Below, piece after piece: positions 46,161 to 56,701 of a stretch of DNA of 64,000 nucleotides. A program made the position numbers and the translations under genes. Location of the stretch: positions 1 through 64,000 of the forward strand of contig JBDRCO010000053.1 in the NCBI GenBank assembly GCA_043821645.1. The letters run 5' to 3'. The notes beneath the pieces are model-generated. The model was given only the letters and a program-made list of their open reading frames with translations. It made no database searches and had not been told where the DNA came from. The stretch is from Pseudomonadota bacterium. GTDB taxonomy: Bacteria; Myxococcota; JACRCW01; JAFGSX01. Position 1 is the first letter of the stretch. The number at the start of each line of letters is the position of its first letter.

Positions 46161-46721
46161 TCAAGCGTTGCTTTCAGTCGCGGTGGCGAGACTGCGGTCC
46201 AGCTCCACCATGGCCCCGCCGAGGTAGCGCGCGGCCAGGTCCACGTACAGGTCCTTGGCCCAGTGGGTCATGTCGTGGTGGTGGGCGGTGATCTCGCCGA
46301 TGATCCGGGCCGGAGCGCCCACGGCGACCGTGCGCGGTGGGATCTTCTGCCTGTTCTTGACCAGGCTCATCTCGCCCACCAGGGCGCCCTCGCCGACCTC
46401 CGAAAAGTCGCTGATCACCGCGCGCATGCCGATCACGGCGCCGTCCTGGATGGTGGCGTTGTGGATCATGGCGCCGTGGCCCAGGGTGACCCGCTTGCCG
46501 ATGCGCGTCCAGTCGTCGGGGCGGGCGTGGATCAACACCCCCTCCTCGACCGCGGTTTCGTCGCCAATGGCGATGGAGCCGTAGTCGCCGCGCAGGATGG
46601 CGCCGTGGCCGATGTAGCAGCGCGCGCCGATGTGCACGTCGCCGATGACCTGCGCCGTCGGCGAGATGTAGGCGCTGCTGGCGATGCGGGGGCGCCGGCC
46701 CTCGAAGCTGTAGATGGTCAT
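46161..46721 (-). CDS. Gamma carbonic anhydrase-family (PaaY/CaiE-like) hexapeptide-repeat protein
   Basis: AQVIGDVHIG, ILRGDYG, IHA..TLGHGAMIH. Confidence 0.88.
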   Translation of the reverse strand: MTIYSFEGRRPRIASSAYISPTAQVIGDVHIGARCYIGHGAILRGDYGSIAIGDETAVEEGVLIHARPDDWTRIGKRVTLGHGAMIHNATIQDGAVIGMRAVISDFSEVGEGALVGEMSLVKNRQKIPPRTVAVGAPARIIGEITAHHHDMTHWAKDLYVDLAARYLGGAMVELDRSLATATESNA

Positions 46722-46769
46722 CTTCTCTCCTTGCCTGCTCGAGCTGCCGGTGGACAGCTCGCGCGGTGG

Positions 46770-47540
46770 TCAGGCCTGAGCACAGGGACAGAGCCTCGGC
46801 AGCGCCAGCACGTGGCAGGCGGCGGCCGCGGTGACACCGAAGACGAGGAACTGCTTGTGGGCTGTGTCGGCGGCCTCGCGCAGAGCATCGAAGGTGCCGT
46901 TGACCAGCGTGGTTCCGGTCACCAGCAGGGTGTCCGAGACCTCGACCAGCTCTGGCCAGCGGCTGCGGCCGTCCCACACCTCGACGCCGAAGCGCGTGGT
47001 CCCGATGCTGGCCGGGTTCAGATCCGTGATGTGCACGGCCGCGGCTGAGAACTCCTTGACCAGGGCCTCGGCGATGGCCGGGTTGAGGCCGACCAGCCCC
47101 ACGCTGCGGGGGTGGGTCGCCTGCCGCAGCTGGGTCGCAATCTGCGGGCCACACAGCTCGGGCGCATCGTCGCGGCAGTGCACGGTCTGCTGCACCAGGC
47201 CCAGCTGGCGGGCGAGGGCGTTGAGGGTGGCGACGAACAGGGCCCGGTTCTGGTTGCTGGTCAGGGGCAGCGACAGCACCTCGTGCACCTGGCCGCTGAA
47301 CTCGCGGGGGCTGTCGGTGAAGGCCTGGCCCCGCGCGCCCAGCACCACGGCCTCGATCACGCGCTCCTTGCCCACCAGGATGGGAAAATCGCGGCGTCCC
47401 GGCGTGCCTATGGCCTCCTCCGGGGTCAGCGGCCTGGCCAGCACGCTGACCGCCGCGGCATCCAGCTGGTGGTCGCGAACCAGGGAGGCAAACACCCGCC
47501 GACACTGCTCCAGGGACCCGGATCCGGACTGCGCGGTCAT
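46770..47540 (-). CDS. DUF364/Rossmann-like domain protein
   Basis: LTPEEAIGTPGRRDFPI..GQAFTD, TVHC..PELC, VTGTTLVNGT, LCPC. Confidence 0.78.
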   Translation of the reverse strand: MTAQSGSGSLEQCRRVFASLVRDHQLDAAAVSVLARPLTPEEAIGTPGRRDFPILVGKERVIEAVVLGARGQAFTDSPREFSGQVHEVLSLPLTSNQNRALFVATLNALARQLGLVQQTVHCRDDAPELCGPQIATQLRQATHPRSVGLVGLNPAIAEALVKEFSAAAVHITDLNPASIGTTRFGVEVWDGRSRWPELVEVSDTLLVTGTTLVNGTFDALREAADTAHKQFLVFGVTAAAACHVLALPRLCPCAQA

Positions 47541-48331
47541 GACATTCCCTCTATGGCGGTGGTAAAAAAACGGTACGACACCCACGAGAAGACAAGTCCA
47601 AACAGCAGCTTGAGCGCCGCCGCCGAGAACCGGCGGCCGAGCCTGGCGCCGAGCTGCGAGCCGGCCAGGGTGCCCAGGCAGATGGGCAGCGCCGCGGACA
47701 GCACCAGGTAGCCCTGGGCCAGCTTGAACAGGGTGCTGAGCAGCGCGCTCAGGGCAAAGCAGGTCAGGGCCGAGCCAATGGCCACGGGCATCGAGGTTCG
47801 CAGCAGGTAGGTGAAGCCCGGCACCAGGATCGCGCCGGTGCCTATGCCGAACAGCCCGGGCAGCACGCCGGACACGACGCCCAGGCCTATCTTGCGCGCC
47901 GTGTACTGGCCCGCGATGGGCACCTGGTCCGGGGTCGGGGGCTGCGGCCGCGCGCGCAGGTGCCAGGCGCCGTCGAAGATCATGCGCGCGGAAACCAGGG
48001 TGAACACACCGGCGATGCCGAGATCCAGCCACTGGCTCCTGGGGCTCAGGACGACAAAGAGAAGCGAGCACAGCGTGACCGAGACCGCCGCGGTGACGAA
48101 CACCGGCACGATGAAGCGAACCGGCACGTTGCCCAGGCGGTGGTGCGCCCAGGAGCCGCCCAGGGTGGTGCAGAACACGGCCGCCACGCAGGTGCCAATG
48201 GCCTGGGGAGCGGTCAGCCCGATGCCAAAGCGCAGCATGGGCATCAACAGCACGCCGCCGCCGACCCCCAGCAGTCCGCCCAGCGTGCCTGCCAGCAGGC
48301 CGGTCGCAGTCAACAGCAGCAGTTCGTGCAT
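47537..48331 (-). CDS. TauE/SafE sulfite-exporter family protein
   Basis: GLLGVGGG..P and GLFGIGTG..VP duplicated motifs; multiple TM helices. Confidence 0.85.
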   Translation of the reverse strand: MHELLLLTATGLLAGTLGGLLGVGGGVLLMPMLRFGIGLTAPQAIGTCVAAVFCTTLGGSWAHHRLGNVPVRFIVPVFVTAAVSVTLCSLLFVVLSPRSQWLDLGIAGVFTLVSARMIFDGAWHLRARPQPPTPDQVPIAGQYTARKIGLGVVSGVLPGLFGIGTGAILVPGFTYLLRTSMPVAIGSALTCFALSALLSTLFKLAQGYLVLSAALPICLGTLAGSQLGARLGRRFSAAALKLLFGLVFSWVSYRFFTTAIEGMS

Positions 48332-48371
48332 CCAGGCCCCTTGTCCTGCGCCCCAGGTCCGCCACGGCCCG

Positions 48372-49769
<1,398 letters not shown>

Positions 49770-49905
49770 GCTGGCTGGACCGCCTCGCTGCGCACGCGGC
49801 CTCCGTGGCAGCGGTTGCGCATGGCCCGCTGCGTCGCTGCTGGGCGACCTGGTGCCGCCCGGGTCTCCGTGCGCGCCTGACACGCCCCACGAGCTCCGGG
49901 GTTCA

Positions 49906-50061
49906 TTGTTGACATATGCACATAACTGTCAATCCTTGACTCCTTGGCCCTGCGGTAGGACTTGCCGCGGGCGGACCTGGCAGCTGCTGCCAGCGGACTT
50001 GCAAGACCCTGGCCCCGGCGAGCGCGCTTGCCAGATCGCTATTATGTGTATATGCTCATAA
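49906..50061. promoter_or_regulatory. Two 20-bp palindromic operators in the divergent promoter
   Basis: TTGTTGACATATGCACATAA (49906-49925) and TTATGTGTATATGCTCATAA (50042-50061). Confidence 0.65.
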
Positions 50062-50073
50062 CAGGAGTCGAGG

Positions 50074-50394
50074 ATGGCCAGGCCGCGCAAACCCAAGCAA
50101 TGCCAGTTTGCACCCCTGGATACGGTGTTCAAGCCGCGCTCCATCCCGATGTACGAGCTGGAACAGGTCGTGCTTCCAGTCGAGCTGATGGAGGCGGTGC
50201 GCCTGTGCGACCTCGAGGGGCTGGACCAGCTCGAGGCGGGCCGGCGCATGGGCGTCTCCCGCGGGACCGTGCAACGTTACGTCAAGGACGCGCGCCGGCG
50301 CATCGCCGATGCGCTCGTTCACGCCAAGGCCCTGGTGCTCGAGTCCCCGCCCGCGGGTGAGGCGCGGCACCCGGCCAAGAAAAGGAGTCCGTGA
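50074..50394 (+). CDS. DUF134 DNA-binding protein
   Basis: MARPRK, FKP, EAVRLCDLEGLDQ..MGVSRGT..ARRRIADAL. Confidence 0.9.
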   Translation: MARPRKPKQCQFAPLDTVFKPRSIPMYELEQVVLPVELMEAVRLCDLEGLDQLEAGRRMGVSRGTVQRYVKDARRRIADALVHAKALVLESPPAGEARHPAKKRSP

Positions 50395-50819
50395 TGCGTT
50401 ACTGCTTTCCCATCGCCAAGGATCAGGGTCTGGCCTCCAAGATATTTGGCCACTTCGGCTCGGCGCCGCTGTTTCTGATCGTCGACGCGGACACCGGAGC
50501 CACCGAGCTGGTCGAGGGCCCCGAGCACAGCGAGCACCACGGTGGTTGCCGGCCGGTCGAGCGCCTGGCCGGGCACGCCTTTGACACCCTGATCGTGGGT
50601 GGCATAGGCGCCGGCGCCATCGCCAAGTTCCACGCCATAGGCAAGCGGGTGTACCTGGCCCAGGCCAACACCATCCAGGACAACCTGGACCTGCTCAAGA
50701 GCAACAGCTTGCCCGAGTGCGATCCCGCGGGTGCCTGCAGCGACCCCGGCCACGCTCACGGCGGTGGTGGCTGCGGCCACGGGCATGCGCACAAGGCAGG
50801 CCAGGTGTTCAAGAACTAG
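50394..50819 (+). CDS. NifB/NifX-family protein with His/Cys-rich tail
   Basis: GHFGSAPLF, HHGGC.P, GGIGAGA; TGATG overlap with DUF134. Confidence 0.87.
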   Translation: MRYCFPIAKDQGLASKIFGHFGSAPLFLIVDADTGATELVEGPEHSEHHGGCRPVERLAGHAFDTLIVGGIGAGAIAKFHAIGKRVYLAQANTIQDNLDLLKSNSLPECDPAGACSDPGHAHGGGGCGHGHAHKAGQVFKN

Positions 50820-50951
50820 GGCCTCGCTTCGTGCTCGGCGGGTGCGCGGGCGATCGCCGCGTCGTCATCAGGATGACTTGAACGCGCGGGCGCGCTAGGG
50901 TGCGCCGCATCCAGCTACCAGCATCGCCACTCGGCGAGGACGAGGGATCGC

Positions 50952-52973
50952 ATGGACAGGACCCGCGAACGCCCGAGCACGCCCCCTGACAAGCGCGCGG
51001 CGCCCGGCAGCGACAGACCACCCGAGCCTGTGGCCGAGGTCGTGGCGGGCAAGGACGGCCGGCCCGAGCTCGAGCAGCCCAGCCTGCTGAGCGACTACGA
51101 CCTGTACCTGTTCAACGAGGGAGCGCACTTCGCGCTGCATCACAAGCTCGGCGCGCACCTGGCGCGGGTGCAGGGGGTGGACGGCACGCTGTTCGCGGTG
51201 TGGGCCCCCGACGCTGGCTACGTCTCTGTCATCGGCGACTTCAACGGCTGGGACAAGGGCTCACACCCCATGCACGGCCGCGCCTCGTCGGGGATCTGGG
51301 AAACCTTCGTGCCCGGCGCGCGTGCCGGACAGCGCTACAAGTACCACGTCACCAACCGCTCGAGCGGGTACAGCGTCGACAAGGCCGACCCCCTGGCCTT
51401 TGCCGCCGAACCGCCACCGCTGCGCGGCTCCGTCATCGCCGACCTGCGCCACGACTGGGACGACGCCGAGTGGATGCGCACGCGCGGCGGACGACAGCAC
51501 ATGGGCTCGCCGATCAGCATCTACGAGGTGCACCTGGGCTCGTTCAAGCGCTCGCCCGACGACCCGGACGGATTCCTGAGCTATCGCGATCTGGCCGAGC
51601 CGCTGGCCCTGCACGCCGCCGGCATGGGCTTCACCCACGTCGAGCTGCTGCCCATCATGGAGCATCCCTTTTACGGCTCCTGGGGCTACCAGACCACGGG
51701 CTACTTCGCTCCTACCAGCCGCCATGGTTCGCCTGCAGACTTCATGTTCCTCGTCGACACCTTGCACCAGCACGGGCTGGGAGTGATCCTGGACTGGGTG
51801 CCCTCGCACTTCCCCAGCGACGAGCATGGCCTGGCCTACTTCGACGGCAATCACCTGTACGAGCACAGCGATCCGCGGCAGGGCTTTCACCCGGACTGGC
51901 TGAGCTACATCTTCAACTACGGTCGCCACGAGGTGCGGGCCTTCTTGATCTCGAGCGCCTTGTTCTGGCTCGAGCGCTATCACATCGACGGCCTGCGGGT
52001 CGACGCGGTGGCGTCCATGCTCTACCTCGACTACTCGCGCAAGCCCGGCGAGTGGATCCCCAACGTGTTTGGCGGCAACGAGAACCTCGACGCCATCGCC
52101 TTTTTGCGCCGCTTCAACGAGGAGGTCTACAAGGCCTTCCCCGACGTGCAGACCTATGCCGAGGAGAGCACCTCGTGGCCCTCGGTGTCGCGGCCGACCT
52201 ACGTCGGTGGCCTCGGCTTCGGCTTCAAGTGGGACATGGGCTGGATGCACGACACGCTGAACTACATGAGCAAGGAAGCGGTGCACCGCTCCTACCACCA
52301 CAACAACCTGACCTTCCGCTCGCTGTACGCGCAGCACGAGAACTTCGTGCTGCCCCTGAGCCACGATGAGTCGGTGCACGGCAAGGGCTCGCTCATCGGC
52401 AAGATGCCCGGCGACGAGTGGCAGCACTTTGCCAACCTGCGCGTGTTGTTTGCGTACATGTTCGCCATGCCGGGCAAGAAGCTGCTGTTCCAGGGCGCCG
52501 AGTTCGGTCAGCGCGCCGAGTGGAACCACGACAAGAGCCTGGACTGGCACCTGCTCGAGTTCCCGCCCCACGCCTCGCTGTCGCACTTCGTCGCCGACCT
52601 CAACCGCCTGTACCGCTCCGAGGCCGCCCTGCACGAGCGCGACTGCGATCCCAACCAGGGCTTTCGCTGGGTCGACGCCAACGATGCCAGCCAGAGCTGC
52701 TACACCTTCCTGCGCTTTGCCGAGACCGCGCCGCCGGTGCTGGTGGCGCTCAACTTCACCCCGGTGCCGCGCCATGCGTACCGCGTGGGCGTGCCCCTCG
52801 GCGGCCTGTGGCGCGAGATCCTCAACAGCGATGCGCGCGAGTACGCCGGTTCGGGCGTGGGCAACATGGGTGGCGTCGAGGCCCAGCCCTGGCCCTGTCA
52901 CGGTCTGCCCTTCAGCGTCGAGATCACCATGCCGCCGCTGGGAGCGGTGTATCTCAAGCACGAAGCGGAATAG
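50952..52973 (+). CDS. glgB: 1,4-alpha-glucan branching enzyme
   Basis: FAVWAP, IYEVHLGS, EHPFYGSWGYQ, DWVPSHFP, GLRVDAVASM, AEESTSWP, LPLSHDE. Confidence 0.96.
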   Translation: MDRTRERPSTPPDKRAAPGSDRPPEPVAEVVAGKDGRPELEQPSLLSDYDLYLFNEGAHFALHHKLGAHLARVQGVDGTLFAVWAPDAGYVSVIGDFNGWDKGSHPMHGRASSGIWETFVPGARAGQRYKYHVTNRSSGYSVDKADPLAFAAEPPPLRGSVIADLRHDWDDAEWMRTRGGRQHMGSPISIYEVHLGSFKRSPDDPDGFLSYRDLAEPLALHAAGMGFTHVELLPIMEHPFYGSWGYQTTGYFAPTSRHGSPADFMFLVDTLHQHGLGVILDWVPSHFPSDEHGLAYFDGNHLYEHSDPRQGFHPDWLSYIFNYGRHEVRAFLISSALFWLERYHIDGLRVDAVASMLYLDYSRKPGEWIPNVFGGNENLDAIAFLRRFNEEVYKAFPDVQTYAEESTSWPSVSRPTYVGGLGFGFKWDMGWMHDTLNYMSKEAVHRSYHHNNLTFRSLYAQHENFVLPLSHDESVHGKGSLIGKMPGDEWQHFANLRVLFAYMFAMPGKKLLFQGAEFGQRAEWNHDKSLDWHLLEFPPHASLSHFVADLNRLYRSEAALHERDCDPNQGFRWVDANDASQSCYTFLRFAETAPPVLVALNFTPVPRHAYRVGVPLGGLWREILNSDAREYAGSGVGNMGGVEAQPWPCHGLPFSVEITMPPLGAVYLKHEAE

Positions 52974-52997
52974 AGGCGGAGCGGAGTTCCCGTTACG

Positions 52998-53129
52998 GGT
53001 TCCCGGTTCCCGGTTCCCGGTTCCCAGTTTCTGATGCCCGCCCCCTTTTCTTCGCAGTGGCCTTACATTCGACACTGGAACGCAGCACGGGATCGAAAAC
53101 CGGGAACCGGGAACCGGGAACCTGGAACC
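52998..53129. repeat. Inverted heptamer arrays (GGTTCCC)4 and (GGGAACC)~4
   Basis: 52998-53025 and 53102-53129 are reverse complements of each other (one mismatch). Confidence 0.88.
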
Positions 53130-53209
53130 GACAACAAGCCTCTGCCCCCTTTACACCCCGCCCCGCCTGTGAACATGTGAAGCCCTGACGTCGTCACGCC
53201 GGAGGTTCC

Positions 53210-54790
53210 ATGTCGCGCCTGATCACGCCCCTGCGCTGGATGCTCCTGCTCGCGCTGCTGGCTCCGGGCTGCGACTGCGGGGGCAGCGAGGAGCTGTGCG
53301 TCCCTGGTCAGACCACCTGCATCGACCTGCCCGAGTACGTGCTGGTGTGCGCGGTCGACGGCCAGGGCTGGGAATCGCGGCTGTGCCCGGGCACCGAGGT
53401 GTGTTTCCGCGGCAACTGCCACGACCTGGCCTGCTCGCCGGGCAGCCTGCGCTGCGAAGGGCACGCGGTGGCGACGTGCAAGGACGACGGCAGCGGCTTC
53501 GATCCCGCGGTGGACTGCGAGGCGGGCCTGGTGTGCGACCGTGGCAGCTGTGTGGCCACGGTCTGCGACACCGGCGACAGGCGCTGTGCCGGCAATGGCT
53601 CGGTCGAGCAGTGCGCACCACCGGGCCTGGAGTGGGTGTTCGAACGTCGCTGCGGTGACGACGAGAGCTGTGCCGATGGCGCCTGCCTGCCAGGCAGTTG
53701 CAGCGACGGCGACACCGAGTGCGGCCCCGCCACCCGCTACCTGTGCAGCGGCGGTAGCTGGCAGGCCGAGCCCTGCGTTGCCGGCCGGGCCTGCCTGTTT
53801 GGCACCTGCGTCGAGTGTGTGGCCGACGACAACTGCGCGGATGGCGGCCAGTGCCGCGATGGCTCCTGCCAGGAGGGCGCACCCTCCGTCGTCACCACGG
53901 CCCTGCCACCGGCCACCGTGGGCCAGGCCTACATGACCAACCTGCAGGCCCAGGGCGGAGCGCCGCCGTATTCCTGGTCGGTGACCGTCGGGTCCTTGCC
54001 CGCGGGTCTGACCCTGTCGCCCTCGGGCACGCTGCTGGGCACCCCGACAGCAGCGGGCAGCTTTGCCTTCAGCGTCGAGGTTGCGGACAGCCAGGCCCAC
54101 ACCGGCAGCGCCGCGCTGGGCGTCGAGGTCTATGCCGAGGGGCCACTCTCCGTCGTCACCACCAGCCTGCCCGCGGCGGAGCACGGCCTGGACTACTCGG
54201 CGACCCTGCAAGCGTCGGGCGGCGTCACGCCCTACGGCTGGCAGTTGCTCAGCGGTCCGCTGCCGCAGGGACTGGGACTGTGGAGCCACGGCGAGATCAC
54301 CGGGGTACCCGCGGAGATCGGCGACTTCCCGCTGACCCTGCGGGTGTTCGACGCCAGCACGCCGGCGGCCTACGCCACGGTGGACCTCACGCTCACCGTC
54401 GAGATCGCGCCCCTCGCCATCACCGGCGACAACACGATCAACCTGCTGCTCACCCGCGTGGTGATCCTGCCGACGCTGGTGCAACTCATCCCCTACCTGA
54501 CCAACCTGCAGGTCCTGGGTGGACTGCCTCCCTACGCCTGGAGCGAGCAGGATCCGCCCACCGGCCTGGGCTGGTTGATCTCGAGCTGGGGACTCCCCGA
54601 CGGGCTCACGCTGTCCGCCGAGGGCCGTCTCTCGGGCTGGGTCACCGACGTCAGCGACGCCCTCACCATCAGCATCCCCTTCGGTCCGACGCTGACCGGC
54701 TACTTCATCTACGTGCGGGTTGAGGACAGCCAGAACCCGGCGGACAGCGACGAGGCCATCTTCCTGTTGCCGACGGTGCCCATTCCCTGA
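53210..54790 (+). CDS. Cys-rich lipoprotein with putative Ig (He_PIG) domains
   Basis: LAPGC lipobox; Cys-rich N-half; repeated TT.LP.A..G..Y...L.A.GG..PY.W..G.LP.GL.L. Confidence 0.8.
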   Translation: MSRLITPLRWMLLLALLAPGCDCGGSEELCVPGQTTCIDLPEYVLVCAVDGQGWESRLCPGTEVCFRGNCHDLACSPGSLRCEGHAVATCKDDGSGFDPAVDCEAGLVCDRGSCVATVCDTGDRRCAGNGSVEQCAPPGLEWVFERRCGDDESCADGACLPGSCSDGDTECGPATRYLCSGGSWQAEPCVAGRACLFGTCVECVADDNCADGGQCRDGSCQEGAPSVVTTALPPATVGQAYMTNLQAQGGAPPYSWSVTVGSLPAGLTLSPSGTLLGTPTAAGSFAFSVEVADSQAHTGSAALGVEVYAEGPLSVVTTSLPAAEHGLDYSATLQASGGVTPYGWQLLSGPLPQGLGLWSHGEITGVPAEIGDFPLTLRVFDASTPAAYATVDLTLTVEIAPLAITGDNTINLLLTRVVILPTLVQLIPYLTNLQVLGGLPPYAWSEQDPPTGLGWLISSWGLPDGLTLSAEGRLSGWVTDVSDALTISIPFGPTLTGYFIYVRVEDSQNPADSDEAIFLLPTVPIP

Positions 54791-54948
54791 GGCTGACGCC
54801 GGATCCCTGTTCCGCCTCCACGATCCAGGGGATGGGCCCTGTGGTTCGCGGGAGGTCGTGTCCTTGATCTCGTCCTGTTCGCCGAGATCGTGTTGATTCG
54901 ACGTGTTGTGGGGCCCCCCACATCAAGACCGATCCGTTCGATTCCGTC

Positions 54949-55626
54949 TTACAGCTTGACCAGGTCCAGGTAGATGCCGATGTAAAAGCAGGCGCTGCCG
55001 GCGAGCACGAACAGGTGCCACAGGGTGTGGTTGAAGGGAATGGAGCGCACCAAAAAGAAGATCGTCCCCACGCTATAGGCCAGCCCGCCGGCCACGGCCC
55101 AGGCGATGAGCCGGTCTGGCAGCAGCGGCAAGAAGGGCTTGTAGGCGATCAGGATCATCCAGCCCATCAGCAAATAGAACACCACGTGCAAGATCTCGAA
55201 GCGGCCCCAGAACAGGAACTTGAGCCCCACGCCCAGCGCCGCGATGGTCCAGATCGCTGCGAACAGGCCCCAGCCCCAGGGCCCTCCCACACCCAGGCAG
55301 ATGGGTGTGTAGGTGCCGGCGATGAGCAGGTAGATGGAGACGTGGTCGAACACCAGCAGCCTGTGCTTGCGCCGGGGCTCGGTGCTGCCGTGGTAGAGCG
55401 TCGAGGCGCTGAACAGCATGATCAGGGACAGGCCGTAGAGCACCGCGCTGACGACGTCGATGGGTGTTCCCTGGCGCAGGGCCTTGAGGACCAGGGCGAC
55501 CGTGCCCGCGATGCTCAGGATCACTCCCAGGCCGTGGGTGAGTGTGCTGACCCGCTCGTCGACGCTGAGCTGAGGGCTGAGACCGCGCACGCTGACCTCT
55601 AAAGAAGGGGTTCTGGACCTCGTCAA
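54949..55626 (-). CDS. Hemolysin III/PAQR-family membrane protein (start uncertain)
   Basis: E..STLTHGLG, ASTLYH, FDHVSIYLLIAGTYTP, HTLWHLFVL. Confidence 0.9.
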   Translation of the reverse strand: MTRSRTPSLEVSVRGLSPQLSVDERVSTLTHGLGVILSIAGTVALVLKALRQGTPIDVVSAVLYGLSLIMLFSASTLYHGSTEPRRKHRLLVFDHVSIYLLIAGTYTPICLGVGGPWGWGLFAAIWTIAALGVGLKFLFWGRFEILHVVFYLLMGWMILIAYKPFLPLLPDRLIAWAVAGGLAYSVGTIFFLVRSIPFNHTLWHLFVLAGSACFYIGIYLDLVKL

Positions 55627-55730
55627 ACTCTGGATCAGGGTCCCCCAGGCCGTCGCGGAAGTCCAAGCCCGAACTTCAAAGCAGCAGAGGATCGGGGACG
55701 TGTCGGCGCGCGGCCGGCAAAAAAAAGGGG

Positions 55731-55865
55731 GGGGACTGGCACTTACTATTACAATTAAATATCAACAGGTACAGTGTGTTGCGCAAAACACCTCATCCGT
55801 TTTCCCGCTCGGTGTGTCGGTGAAATGAGGAGAGCGAAAAAAGGTAATTGTAAGTGCCAGTCCCC
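55731..55865. mobile_element. 135-bp element with 22-bp terminal inverted repeats (REPIN/MITE-like)
   Basis: GGGGACTGGCACTTACTATTAC versus reverse complement of GTAATTGTAAGTGCCAGTCCCC, 21/22 match; AT-rich core. Confidence 0.65.
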
Positions 55866-55872
55866 TGTGCCT

Positions 55873-55914
55873 CATGGCACATGGCACATGGCACATGGCA
55901 CGTGGCACGTGGCA
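55873..55914. repeat. Heptamer tandem repeat (CATGGCA)4(CGTGGCA)2
   Basis: Read directly from the sequence. Confidence 0.9.
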
Positions 55915-55930
55915 CGTGATAGGCATAGCC

Positions 55931-56659
55931 ATGCCCCCCACGATTTCCCTAATCATCCCTGCCCGCAACGAGGCCGAGCTGCTGCCTCGCCTGCTCGACA
56001 CGGTGCAGGTGGCGCGCCAGAACTTCGCCCGTGGCGCCGACCAGATCGAGGTGATCGTCGTCGACAACGTCTCCACCGACGACACCGCAGCCCGGGCAGA
56101 AGCAGGTGCCGCACGGGTGGTGCGCGAAGAAGTTCGGGTCATCGGCGAGGTGCGCAATGCCGGGGCTCGCGCGGCCCAGGGCGAGATCCTGTGTTTTGTC
56201 GACGCGGACGCGCGCATTCACCCGGACACATTCAACGCCGTGGCCAGGCGCATGGCAGACCCCCGCGTGGTGGCTGGAGCCACGGGTGTGCGACTCGAGC
56301 GCTGGTCGCTGGGCATCCTGATCACCTACCTCATCCTTGTGAGTCTGGTGTTGCTGCTGGGCATGGACACCGGCGTGGTGTTCTGTCGGCGCCGCGACTT
56401 CGAGGCCATTGGCGGCTACAGACGCGGGCTCAAGGTGGCCGAGGATGTTCAGTTTCTTGTCGATCTCAAGAAACACGGCAAGCGAAGCAGGCAGCACCTG
56501 TGTCGCGCCACCGAGGCCAAGGCCCTGTCCAGCATGCGCAAGTTCGATACCCACGGCGACTGGCACTACTTCGGATTGCTGTGGGGCGTGCTGATGTCCG
56601 TGCTCCGTCACAAGCCTTTCCCCGAGGACAAGGCGCAGCGCATCTGGTACGGGCGATAG
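55931..56659 (+). CDS. Glycosyltransferase family 2
   Basis: SLIIPARNE, VVDNVSTD, RNAG, FVDADA, AEDV. Confidence 0.88.
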   Translation: MPPTISLIIPARNEAELLPRLLDTVQVARQNFARGADQIEVIVVDNVSTDDTAARAEAGAARVVREEVRVIGEVRNAGARAAQGEILCFVDADARIHPDTFNAVARRMADPRVVAGATGVRLERWSLGILITYLILVSLVLLLGMDTGVVFCRRRDFEAIGGYRRGLKVAEDVQFLVDLKKHGKRSRQHLCRATEAKALSSMRKFDTHGDWHYFGLLWGVLMSVLRHKPFPEDKAQRIWYGR

Positions 56660-56701
56660 CTCGAAAGGTGCCTGATACCGTTTACTTTTGCGGGAAAGCA
56701 G

